A DNA stretch of 62,129 nucleotides from an uncultured Myxococcales bacterium (lineage in GTDB: Bacteria; Myxococcota_A; Polyangia; Fen-1088). Below the pieces are notes generated by a model, which searched no databases, was not told the DNA's origin, and saw only the letters and a program-made list of their open reading frames with translations. Positions within the stretch are counted from its first letter, which is position 1. Every line of letters starts with the position of its first letter. This document shows positions 8,691-17,239 of the stretch, piece after piece. The position numbers and the translations under genes are program-made. The stretch is from NCBI GenBank assembly GCA_964535465.1, contig CAZHUY010000001.1, positions 1-62,129 of the forward strand, read 5' to 3'.

Positions 8691-10517
8691 TCACTTCCCG
8701 AAGTGAACGGACCGGCGTTGCGCCAGGGTTTCCGCCTGTGCCACAGCCGCGGACCCGTCGAAGGTGGGCAGCAGATCCGCCGCGGCTGGCTTGACCCGAC
8801 GTTCATACTCCGACCGGAAGGATCGCAGAGTGGTCAACACCGGCTGCGGTGAAGTCTGCCCCAAACCACACCGACTGGTCGCCTTGATGGTTTCGGCCAG
8901 CCCTTGCAGATACGCAAGGTCCTCGGGGCTGGCCTGGCCGCCAATCACCTTGCCCAGTCGTTCGTGCAATAGACGATTTCCCACGCGGCACGGGGTGCAA
9001 TAGCCGCAGCTCTCCTCGCAGAAGAACTCCATGAAGGCCTCGGCCACGCGTAGCACGTCCCGCCTGTGGTCGAAGACCATGATCGCGCCGCCCGTCGCCA
9101 AATCATCGAAACGCAAGCTTCGGCCGAAATCGCCAGGCGCGATCATCTGGCCCGAGGCGCCCCCCACCTGAACCGCCGCGGTCTCATGCGCGCCCACCAT
9201 GGACAGGAGCTCGTTCACCTTCACGCCAAAGGGCAATTCGTAAATGCCGGGGCGGTCGCAGTCGCCCGAGACGCTGTACAGCTTGGTGCCGGTGCTGTCG
9301 TTGGTGCCGATCGAGCTGAACCAACCCGGACCGTTTTCCAGGATGCGGGCCACGCAACAGAAGGTCTCGACGTTGTTGATGACCGTGGGCCGCCCCAGAT
9401 AGCCTGATTGAGCCGGAAAGGGTGGGCGGTTCTTGGGATCGCCGCGCTTGCCCTCGCACGAGCTGAGCAACGCCGTCTCTTCCCCGCAGATGTACGCCCC
9501 CGCCCCCATCTGGATGCGGATATCGAAATCGAACCCCTGTTTCCCCTGGATGCTTCGCCCCAATAGTCCCACCTCACGCCGCTCGTCGAGGATCTTCTCC
9601 AAGAAGGGCAAGAGATAGACATACTCGCCCCGCAGGTACACGATGCCCTCGGCCGCCCCCACCCCGTAGCCGGCGATGGTCATGCCCTCGAAGACCAAAT
9701 CCGCCGCCTCGGTCAGTATCACTCTGTCCTTGAAGGTGCCGGGCTCGCCCTCATCGGCGTTGCACACGATGGTCTTCTTCTCGCCGGCGGCGGCGCGAGC
9801 GAATTCCCACTTCATTCCGGTCGGGAACCCGGCACCGCCGCGCCCCCGCAGGCGTGAGACCTTGATGCTCTTGATGACCTCGGCCGGACTCTCGGCCAGG
9901 GCCTTGCGCAGGGCCGCGCCGCGCGCCAGCGGCGCGAAGACCACCGGTCCACGCTCGCGCAGGTTGTTCCTGACCATCGAGCGCACCAACGGATGGCTGT
10001 TGTTGCCATCGCCCAGGGTCAGGTTGAGGTGCTCGAGGTTGCCGGTCTTGCGCAGATCCGCGACAAGCTCGCGGGCACCATCGCCGGACAGACTCGTGAT
10101 GACACGATCATTGATGAGCGCGGCCGGAGCCTGATCGCTCATCCCTATGCATGGCGTGTGCTCGAGCGTGAACATGCCGTCCGCCGTGGTCTGGCCGAAA
10201 TCGATGCCCAGCTCTTGGCGCAAGGCCCGTCCCACGCGTTCGGCGCCATGCATTCGATCGATGATGTCGTTGCACAGGCGGATCACGAACTTGCCCCGAG
10301 GCCGGCTGGTGAGGAACGCGTAGAACGAGAGCGTGCTCTCCACCTCGACGCGAGGCACGCGCAAGGTCTGTGCGATGACGTCGACCGCCGAACCCAAGAC
10401 ACCGCCCAGGCGCTGATGCACTTCGAGCAGGATGTCCATCAAGCGGGTCCGCTCGTTGGCGAAGCGTCCGCAGATCCCTCGGATGACATCGTCCTGATTC
10501 TCAGCCATGTCGTTCAT
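8691..10517 (-). CDS. hoxF: Diaphorase NAD(P)H/FMN subunit HoxF (NuoE-like + NuoF-like fusion)
   Basis: GRGGAGFPTGMKWEF (NuoF FMN/NADH site), CGEETALL and CGYCTPCRVG (4Fe-4S), preceded by a NuoE-like thioredoxin-fold module. Start is taken at MNDMAENQ (10517); the ATG at 10508 is equally possible and the track start 10586 looks like an extension. Confidence 0.9.
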   Translation of the reverse strand: MNDMAENQDDVIRGICGRFANERTRLMDILLEVHQRLGGVLGSAVDVIAQTLRVPRVEVESTLSFYAFLTSRPRGKFVIRLCNDIIDRMHGAERVGRALRQELGIDFGQTTADGMFTLEHTPCIGMSDQAPAALINDRVITSLSGDGARELVADLRKTGNLEHLNLTLGDGNNSHPLVRSMVRNNLRERGPVVFAPLARGAALRKALAESPAEVIKSIKVSRLRGRGGAGFPTGMKWEFARAAAGEKKTIVCNADEGEPGTFKDRVILTEAADLVFEGMTIAGYGVGAAEGIVYLRGEYVYLLPFLEKILDERREVGLLGRSIQGKQGFDFDIRIQMGAGAYICGEETALLSSCEGKRGDPKNRPPFPAQSGYLGRPTVINNVETFCCVARILENGPGWFSSIGTNDSTGTKLYSVSGDCDRPGIYELPFGVKVNELLSMVGAHETAAVQVGGASGQMIAPGDFGRSLRFDDLATGGAIMVFDHRRDVLRVAEAFMEFFCEESCGYCTPCRVGNRLLHERLGKVIGGQASPEDLAYLQGLAETIKATSRCGLGQTSPQPVLTTLRSFRSEYERRVKPAAADLLPTFDGSAAVAQAETLAQRRSVHFGK

Positions 10518-10587
10518 CCTCTTCCGCAGACACAACTCCGAGCCGCCTCGCCACGAAAGCTCAAGCCCACCCCGACCAGAATCCACC

Positions 10588-10618
10588 TATATAGAAGTTC
10601 GCTCGCCATTTCAAGCAA
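10588..10618 (-). promoter_or_regulatory. Candidate sigma70-type promoter for the hox operon
   Basis: On the minus strand, TTGCTTGAAA (10609-10618) lies ~15-19 nt from TATATA (10588-10593), about 70 nt upstream of the hoxF start in the only AT-richer patch of the hoxF/cutA divergent spacer. Confidence 0.3.
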
Positions 10619-10669
10619 GGGAACACTGCGCGTGATGCTTCTGTCTCTCTCTCCATCCTCGCCTACAAT

Positions 10670-11029
10670 GTGGGCATGTCGAACGCCGCAGATCCCAGCC
10701 CCGCTGATTTCGTCCTGGTGTTGACGACTGCCCCCGACAGTGAAACCGCCGGACGCATCGCGCGCGCCTTGGTGGAGGAAGGGCTGGTGGCCTGCGTGAA
10801 CATCGTTCCCGGGCTACGCTCTGTCTACCGCTGGGAGGGCAAGCTGTGCGACGACTCCGAGGTCCTCTGTCTCTGCAAAACGCGAGCAGCGTTGTTCCCG
10901 GCCGTGCGCGAGCGCATTTCATCCCTGCATCCGTATTCCGTCCCCGAAATCATCGCAGTTCCGCTAACGCAAGGGAGCGCCCCTTACCTCGAATGGGTGG
11001 CCCAATCCACAATCGGGCGACCAGGCTAG
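10670..11029 (+). CDS. cutA: Divalent-cation tolerance protein CutA
   Basis: 119-aa ORF. FVLVLTTAPDSETAGRIARALVEEGLVACVNIVPGLRSVYRWEGK...HPYSVPEIIAVP is a typical CutA1 sequence. The start may be the ATG at 10676. Confidence 0.85.
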   Translation: MGMSNAADPSPADFVLVLTTAPDSETAGRIARALVEEGLVACVNIVPGLRSVYRWEGKLCDDSEVLCLCKTRAALFPAVRERISSLHPYSVPEIIAVPLTQGSAPYLEWVAQSTIGRPG

Positions 11030-11787
11030 AGGACGAAAGGCAGGACCGCTCTCCGCGACCGTGGATAGTCGGGGAAAGTCGCACGGTACCAGGCGCGATG
11101 CTTGAGGGCCCGAGGCACCAGGTTGGCCGCACTCCACAGCACGAAGACCAGTCCGGGCCACGACATCGTAGCCAGCGCCCAACCTGACCACTCGATCAAT
11201 TCGCCCAGGTAGTTGGGACACGAAACCAGGCGAAACAGGGGCCCGCGCGGCACACCATAGCGGCCGGCTGATTCTCGACGTACCCGGCGCAATTCGCGAT
11301 CGGCCGAGACGTGGATGCAGAAGCCGAGCACGAAGAGCACCGTCCCGACGATGAAGAATCCGCTGGTCAGCCACTCGATGGATCGCGGCTGTGAAAGCGA
11401 GAACAACCAGCGACCATTCATCCCGCCGTTGACCACGTTGAATAACGCGCCCGACATCATGATCAGCGCCGGCATGGGCCGACTGCTCGAGGGCAGCAGA
11501 AAGGAGAAGATGAACGTCCTATAAATGTAGTGCCCGAGCCACAGACACAGAAAGACGATGGCGACGACGTTGTCGCGGCGATCGCCCAGATAGAACATGA
11601 TGACCATCAGCGCGGGCGAAGGCAGCTCCATCAGGATCCACGCCAGCCGCGCCCGCACGGTCGGCCCCCAACCGGGCCGCCCATGACGGCCATAGGGGGC
11701 TGGTCGCAAGAGCAGATAGGGAAACACGGCCACCGCCACCGCGATCCAGGCCACCATCAACCAGGTGAACAGACGCGCCTCGTTCAT
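11026..11787 (-). CDS. 3-oxo-5-alpha-steroid 4-dehydrogenase (steroid 5-alpha-reductase) family membrane protein
   Basis: Start at MNEARLF (11787), overlapping the upstream SDR stop (ATGA). Polytopic membrane protein with the C-terminal family motif GPLFRLVSCPNYLGELIEWSGWAL. Confidence 0.8.
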   Translation of the reverse strand: MNEARLFTWLMVAWIAVAVAVFPYLLLRPAPYGRHGRPGWGPTVRARLAWILMELPSPALMVIMFYLGDRRDNVVAIVFLCLWLGHYIYRTFIFSFLLPSSSRPMPALIMMSGALFNVVNGGMNGRWLFSLSQPRSIEWLTSGFFIVGTVLFVLGFCIHVSADRELRRVRRESAGRYGVPRGPLFRLVSCPNYLGELIEWSGWALATMSWPGLVFVLWSAANLVPRALKHRAWYRATFPDYPRSRRAVLPFVL

Positions 11788-12797
11788 GGCAGCCGACCGT
11801 TCTGCTTGAACCACCCATAGGTGTCGCGCAGGGTCTCTTCCAGGGGCCGCGGGCTGTGTCCCAGTTCGCTCTGGGCCCGGGCGCCGCTGATGTTTCGATG
11901 GTTGCGCAACACGCGTAGCGAATCCGAGGTGAAGAGCGGACGCCGACGCATGACCCGCGCCCAGGCGACCGCAAAGGGCGCGGCCGCCCGAGCCAAGCCC
12001 ATGGGCACCACCCAGCGCGGGATCCTCGCCCCCGAAACCTCGCCCCACAGTCGCGCCAGATCGACCAGCGACAGCCAGTGGCCCGACAGCAAGTAGTGCT
12101 CGCCCGTGCGACCGAGACGCTCGGCCTGCAACGCCGACTTGACCACGTCGCGCACGTCAACCCAGTTGAAACCAGCGCCGCTGATCAGGGCCAGGAGGCG
12201 ACCTCGGTGCAGATCCAGCAGGACTTGCCCCATGGCCGAAGGCTGGAAGTCGTTCGGCCCGAGCGCGGCGGTGGGATTCACGATCACCGCGTCCAAGCCG
12301 CGCGCCACCCCCTCCGCGACCACGCGCTCGCCCTCGGCCTTGGTCCGGTCGTAAATGAGATTCGCCGGCTGGTCCTCGGTCAACGAACGCTGCTCATCGA
12401 TGGTGCCGCCGACCGGGTCAGAGGCAAAGGCGTGAATCGAGCTGAAGTGCACCAGGCGTCCGACCCGGTTGGCCAGACAAGCCTCGACCACGTTACGGGT
12501 GCCGTTCACGTTCACCCCCTGGACCCTGGGGGCCGAATCCCAGCCCACGGAGATGCATGCGGCCAGGTGATACACGACCGAGGCACCTTCCAGGGCGCGC
12601 TGGCAAGCCTGGGCGTCGGTGATGTCGCAACGGACGGTGTCGACAGGCAGACCTTCGATGCTCGCGGTGTGCTGGCGCACCACGGCGCGCACCGACCGGC
12701 CTTGGTCCAAGAGACTGCGCACCAGGTTGGCGCCGATGTGGCCGGCGGCACCGGTGACCACGACCAGTCCATCGTGAGCATCTGGGGGAACGGGCAT
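11784..12797 (-). CDS. NAD-dependent epimerase/dehydratase (extended SDR, 3beta-HSD/DFR-like)
   Basis: 337-aa ORF with the Rossmann motif VVVTGAAGHIGANLVRSLL and a YxxxK region (YDRTKAEGE). Confidence 0.85.
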   Translation of the reverse strand: MPVPPDAHDGLVVVTGAAGHIGANLVRSLLDQGRSVRAVVRQHTASIEGLPVDTVRCDITDAQACQRALEGASVVYHLAACISVGWDSAPRVQGVNVNGTRNVVEACLANRVGRLVHFSSIHAFASDPVGGTIDEQRSLTEDQPANLIYDRTKAEGERVVAEGVARGLDAVIVNPTAALGPNDFQPSAMGQVLLDLHRGRLLALISGAGFNWVDVRDVVKSALQAERLGRTGEHYLLSGHWLSLVDLARLWGEVSGARIPRWVVPMGLARAAAPFAVAWARVMRRRPLFTSDSLRVLRNHRNISGARAQSELGHSPRPLEETLRDTYGWFKQNGRLP

Positions 12798-12981
12798 GCG
12801 GCCAGCTTATCCCATCACGCTCGCGAATAGCCTTGCCACCCTTCTCCTCGAGAGCAGGGTCTTTTGCCTGCCGCGCCATCACCTCCACCGGCCTCCAGGA
12901 CGCCTTCATGGGGTCCAGGAGAATGAGTTGCGTTTCACAAAGCGCTGGTATAGTTGCCCACCCTCAAACCGAAGCCCTACC

Positions 12982-13662
12982 ATGACCAATCGGATCATCG
13001 TCATACCCGCCTACAACGAGGAACGCACCGTGGCTGAAGTCGTCTCGGCGGCGGTGAAGGTCGCGGATCACGTGGTGGTGGTCGACGACGGCTCGCGAGA
13101 CCAAACCGCGGCGCTGGCGCGCCAGGCGGGGGCGATTGTGGTTCGTCACGCCATCAACCGTGGGGTGGGCGCGGCCTTGGCCACCGGGATTGCCGCGGCG
13201 AATCGCCTGAACCCGGATGCCGTGGTGACCATGGATGCCGATGGTCAACATCGCACCGAGGACGCCGCCCGGGTTTTCGAACGCCTCGCCCAGGGCGACG
13301 TGGATCTCGTCCTTGGCTCGCGCCTGAAGAGGGGTGGCGAATCCGGCAACATGCCCTTTTACCGCGTGCTCTTCAATTCCATAGGCAACCTGCTCACCTA
13401 CTTGCTCTTCGGCGTGTGGGTCACCGACAGCCAGAGCGGTTTGCGCGGACTCTCGAAGAAGGCCGCCAGCACCATCGATCTGCGCACCAACGGCATGGAA
13501 GCCCTCTCCGAGTTCATCAAGGAAATCAAAGACCGACACTGGCGCTTCGCCGAGATCCCCATCAAAGCCATCTACACCGACTACTCGCTCTCCAAGGGGC
13601 AGAACTTCTTCGTCGGGATCAAGACGGCCATCAAACTCATCTTCAGACGATTCGTCGGATAG
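12982..13662 (+). CDS. Family-2 glycosyltransferase (polyprenyl-phosphate sugar transferase-like)
   Basis: Start at MTNRIIVIPAYNEE (ATG 12982). VVVVDDGSRD and MDADGQH are motifs of DPM1/GtrB-like GT2 enzymes. Confidence 0.85.
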   Translation: MTNRIIVIPAYNEERTVAEVVSAAVKVADHVVVVDDGSRDQTAALARQAGAIVVRHAINRGVGAALATGIAAANRLNPDAVVTMDADGQHRTEDAARVFERLAQGDVDLVLGSRLKRGGESGNMPFYRVLFNSIGNLLTYLLFGVWVTDSQSGLRGLSKKAASTIDLRTNGMEALSEFIKEIKDRHWRFAEIPIKAIYTDYSLSKGQNFFVGIKTAIKLIFRRFVG

Positions 13663-13665
13663 ATC

Positions 13666-14034
13666 ATGCACGCCATTCAAATCGTTCTGGTCTGCTTCGC
13701 GGCCTTCGCGATGTCGCGCGTTTTCATCCGCTTCCGTCGCGGCGGAACGCGTCTGTCGAACCTGGGCCTGTGGTTTCTCTTCTGGGTCTTGGTTGTCATC
13801 GCGTCCTTGCGCCCGGAAACCACGGACCTGCTCGCCCGCTGGATGGGCGTGGGCCGAGGGGTCGACACCGCGATGTACCTCGGTTTTCTCGTGATCTTCT
13901 ATTTGGTGTTCCGCGCGTTCGCGAAACTCGAGGATCTCGACCGCCAACTCACGCGGGTGGTGCGGGCCAACGCCCTCAAGGATGCCGAGGCCCAACTGAC
14001 ACCGTCCGATTCCGGCAAGCCGTCCGCGCCGTGA
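13666..14034 (+). CDS. Small membrane protein (DUF2304-like GT2 partner)
   Basis: 122-aa ORF starting 4 nt after the GT2 stop. It has 3-4 hydrophobic helices, and its size and position are typical of the small membrane proteins paired with GtrB-like GT2 genes. Confidence 0.65.
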   Translation: MHAIQIVLVCFAAFAMSRVFIRFRRGGTRLSNLGLWFLFWVLVVIASLRPETTDLLARWMGVGRGVDTAMYLGFLVIFYLVFRAFAKLEDLDRQLTRVVRANALKDAEAQLTPSDSGKPSAP

Positions 14035-14067
14035 AAGCTCGCACCGCTGCGGTGGTAAGCTTCCGGC

Positions 14068-15096
14068 ATGAGAGCCTGGGTTCTGACCTCGCCCGCTGAG
14101 GTTTCCAGCCGACCGCTGGTCCTGCGCGAGCTGCCCTCGCCTACCTTGCTGGCCCACGAGGTGCGCTTGAGGGTCTCCGCGTGCGGCATCTGTCGCACCG
14201 ACTTGCATGTGGTCGAAGGCGAGTTGCCGGTGCGCCGCTCGCCGGTGATCCCGGGGCACCAGGTCGTCGGTCGGGTGGTCGAGTTGGGCCCTGGCGTGAC
14301 CACACTGCAGGTCGGCCAGCGCGTGGGTGTGGCCTGGCTGCACCGCACCTGCGGGGTCTGCCGCTTCTGCCGCAGCGGACGCGAGAACCTGTGCGAGAGG
14401 TCGGAGTTCACCGGCTGGACGGTAGACGGTGGTTTCGCCACCGAGATCAAGGCGCCCGCCTCTTTCGTCTACCCCTTGCCCGGCGACCTCTCCGATTTGG
14501 CCGCCGCGCCGCTGCTGTGCGCGGGGATCATCGGTTTTCGCAGCCTGAAGCTCACCGGATTGACATCGTGGGCCGGCGCGCGCCTGGGCCTTTACGGATT
14601 CGGCGCCGCGGGCCACATCGCCATCCAAATCGCGCGCCACCGCGGTGCCGAGGTCTACGTGTGCACGCGCGATCGTGAGCGCCACCAGGCGTTGGCCGCG
14701 GAGTTGGGAGCGACTTGGGTCGGCGGCACGGTCGACGCGCCCCCGAAACCGCTGGACGCCGCCATCATCTTCGCCCCGGCCGGCGAGATCGTGCCCGCCG
14801 CGCTGTCGGCGTTGGATCCTGGCGGCACCCTGGTCTTGGGTGGCATCCACATGTCCCCCATCCCGACCTTCCCCTACCAGCTCATCTATCGCGAGCGCGG
14901 CGTGCGCTCGGTGGCCAACAACACCCGCGAGGACGGCCGCGAGTTCCTGGCCGAGGCTGCCGCTTGCCAGGTGCGCACTCACATACAGACCTTTTCGCTT
15001 GAACAAGCCCACGACGCTCTCATCGCTCTCAAACACGACGCCATCCGTGGCGCGGGCGTCCTGCAGAATTCCTCCATGTCGGCCGCTTCGTTGTAG
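14068..15096 (+). CDS. Zinc-dependent alcohol dehydrogenase family protein
   Basis: 342-aa ORF with [15 protein letters not shown] and the structural-zinc Cys cluster [15 protein letters not shown], followed by a GxGxxG Rossmann motif (LYGFGAAGH). Confidence 0.85.
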   Translation: MRAWVLTSPAEVSSRPLVLRELPSPTLLAHEVRLRVSACGICRTDLHVVEGELPVRRSPVIPGHQVVGRVVELGPGVTTLQVGQRVGVAWLHRTCGVCRFCRSGRENLCERSEFTGWTVDGGFATEIKAPASFVYPLPGDLSDLAAAPLLCAGIIGFRSLKLTGLTSWAGARLGLYGFGAAGHIAIQIARHRGAEVYVCTRDRERHQALAAELGATWVGGTVDAPPKPLDAAIIFAPAGEIVPAALSALDPGGTLVLGGIHMSPIPTFPYQLIYRERGVRSVANNTREDGREFLAEAAACQVRTHIQTFSLEQAHDALIALKHDAIRGAGVLQNSSMSAASL

Positions 15097-15107
15097 GATT
15101 CGCGGCG

Positions 15108-17237
15108 GTGTCACCTTCTTCGCCCAACGACCCACCCGAGGCTACGCGTTTCCCTCTCCGCTTTGGGCCGCGCTACGTCCTGCTCAAGGAACTTGGACGC
15201 GGCGGCATGGGTCGCGTGTTCATGGCGCTGACCGGTCAGGCGGGCGTCGAACGGGTGTGCGCGCTCAAGATCCTGCGCAGCTTCCAGGCCGGTCGCAACG
15301 CCGAGGAAATGACCCAGCGGTTTCTCGACGAAGCCAAGGTGGTCACCAAGCTCTCGCACGAGAACTTGGTCTACGTCTTCGACTTCGGCGTGCAGGACCG
15401 CCAGGGCTACCTGGCCATGGAGTACGTGCAGGGCAAGACCTTCACCGAGGCCTGGAACCGCTGCGCGGTCAAGCACACCGGCTTTCCCACAGGCGTGGCC
15501 ATCTATTTGATCGGCGAGCTGGTGGCGGCCTTGGGCTACGCGCACCGCCTGGACAATCTGAACCTCGTCCATCGCGACATCTCGCCGTCCAACCTGATGC
15601 TGACCTACACGGGCGGGGTGAAGCTGATCGACTTCGGCTTGGCCAAGTGGAACGACAAGGTGGCGCAAACCGCCGCCGGGACCAACTGGGGCAAGATCAG
15701 CTACATGTCGCCCGAGCAGTACCTGGGCAAGCCCATCGACCATCGCAGCGATCTCTTCTCGGCCGGCATCATCCTGTGGGAGCTGCTGACCGGGCGGCAG
15801 CTCTACCCGTCGACGCAGACTCGCCAACCCACGCAGCGAATCCCGGCGCCCTCCACGCTGAACGAGGCCATCTCACCCCGTCTGGACGAGGTCATGGCGC
15901 GCGCACTGGCCATCAATCCCGCTGAACGTTTCGCCACCGGCGAGGAGATGAGCGCCGCCCTGTTTGCCGAGATGCCGCGCGACGCGGGTGGCAAGCTGGC
16001 GGCCTCGGCCTTCGTCACCCATCTGTTCGATGTCGAGCAGCGCAGCGAGACGGCCGAGCAACGCGAATTGGTCCAGCGCGCGGCGAGCCTGGGCGATCGC
16101 ATCGCGCCGCTCGAGCTCAGCGACAGCGACGTCTGCAATGTCGATCCCATGGTGGGCAAGGTCCTGGGCGAGCGTTACCACGTGCGCCGACGCATCGGCG
16201 AAGGCTCCATGGGTCGCGTGTACGAAGGCCACCACACCGGCATCGGGAAACGCGTGGCCATCAAGATCCCCCGGCGCGCCGAACGACGCAAGTCCGAGCT
16301 GGTCAGGCGCTTCCAGCGCGAGGCCCTGGCGCCTTCGCAAATTGGCCATCCCAACGTGGTGGACGTGACCGATTGCGGGACCACAGACGAGGGCGATTTT
16401 TTCTTCGTCATGGAATTCGTGGACGGTGTCGACCTGGAGGCGCTGGTTCGCCGCGATGGTCCCCTCACCGTCGAACGCGCCTTGGTGGTGGGCATCCAGG
16501 TGTGCCGCGCGCTCGAGGCTGCGCACCGGGCCGGCATCATTCACCGTGATCTGAAGCCGTCGAACGTCATGCTGGTGCGCCCCTCCGACGAGCAAGGCGA
16601 TCTGGTCAAGGTGCTGGATTTCGGTGTGGCCAAGTTCCTGCGAGACGAAGAGGGCCCCAACCTGACCGTGCCAGACGCCGCGGTGGGCACGCCGCGCTTC
16701 ATGGCGCCCGAACAAATCCGCGGCAGCGGCGTGGTACATTTCCGCGCCGACCTGTACGCCGTGGGCGGCCTCCTGTACTTCATGTTCAGCGGTGGCCACT
16801 CGCCCATCGAGGGCAGCAACGTACAAAGCGTGTGGCGACGCAAGCTGACCGAGGATCCCACGCCCCTGCGCCAGCACCGCTCCGATCTGGGCGAGGATCT
16901 CGAAGCCCTGATCATGAGCTGCCTGGCGCGCGATGTGACCCAACGGCCCGACTCGGCCGAGGATCTGAAGAAGCGCCTGCTGGCCGCTCTGGAGGAAACC
17001 CGGGCCATCGCCAGCAGCATGATGGGATTCAAGATCCCCTCGGCCACCGCTCCGCTGCGCGAGCCGCGTGCCCGAGACCGCAGCCTGTGGTGGAAAGCCA
17101 GCCTCATCGTCTCCGCCACGGCCCTGACGGCGTGGATTGCCGCTCGCCCCTTCCTCATGCAACCACCCGTGCACGCTCCCTTGCTCGCGCAACCGGCGAG
17201 CTCGCCGCCGCCGGGCCAGGATGCCGGCAAGCTCTGA
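15108..17237 (+). CDS. Ser/Thr protein kinase with two complete Hanks-type kinase domains and a C-terminal TM segment
   Basis: 709-aa ORF. Domain 1 has GRGGMGRV, ALKIL, HRDISPSN, DFG and SPE. Domain 2 has GEGSMGRV, VAIKI, HRDLKPSN, DFG and APE. A TM helix WWKASLIVSATALTAWIAA follows. Confidence 0.85.
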   Translation: MSPSSPNDPPEATRFPLRFGPRYVLLKELGRGGMGRVFMALTGQAGVERVCALKILRSFQAGRNAEEMTQRFLDEAKVVTKLSHENLVYVFDFGVQDRQGYLAMEYVQGKTFTEAWNRCAVKHTGFPTGVAIYLIGELVAALGYAHRLDNLNLVHRDISPSNLMLTYTGGVKLIDFGLAKWNDKVAQTAAGTNWGKISYMSPEQYLGKPIDHRSDLFSAGIILWELLTGRQLYPSTQTRQPTQRIPAPSTLNEAISPRLDEVMARALAINPAERFATGEEMSAALFAEMPRDAGGKLAASAFVTHLFDVEQRSETAEQRELVQRAASLGDRIAPLELSDSDVCNVDPMVGKVLGERYHVRRRIGEGSMGRVYEGHHTGIGKRVAIKIPRRAERRKSELVRRFQREALAPSQIGHPNVVDVTDCGTTDEGDFFFVMEFVDGVDLEALVRRDGPLTVERALVVGIQVCRALEAAHRAGIIHRDLKPSNVMLVRPSDEQGDLVKVLDFGVAKFLRDEEGPNLTVPDAAVGTPRFMAPEQIRGSGVVHFRADLYAVGGLLYFMFSGGHSPIEGSNVQSVWRRKLTEDPTPLRQHRSDLGEDLEALIMSCLARDVTQRPDSAEDLKKRLLAALEETRAIASSMMGFKIPSATAPLREPRARDRSLWWKASLIVSATALTAWIAARPFLMQPPVHAPLLAQPASSPPPGQDAGKL

Positions 17238-17239
17238 CC

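Noticed and set aside
11026-11029. Convergent genes sharing overlapping stop codons at a CTAG (cutA/reductase), and back-to-back stops TAG|TTA at 3628-3633
   Set aside because: This is a real but trivial consequence of compact gene packing, with no evidence of function.
7949-12048. N-terminal extensions given by the track for hoxU (to 8806), hoxF (to 10586) and the 5-alpha-reductase (to 12048)
   Set aside because: The extensions overlap the upstream gene and are Arg/Gly-rich. Internal starts (8680, 10517/10508, 11787) give family-typical N-termini and the compact coupling seen elsewhere in the operons.
12964-15135. 723-aa minus-strand ORF, one of the longest in the track
   Set aside because: It lies antisense to four well-supported + strand genes (GT2, membrane partner, Zn-ADH, kinase start). 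Its translation is Arg/Gly/Ala-rich with no domains, a typical high-GC shadow ORF.
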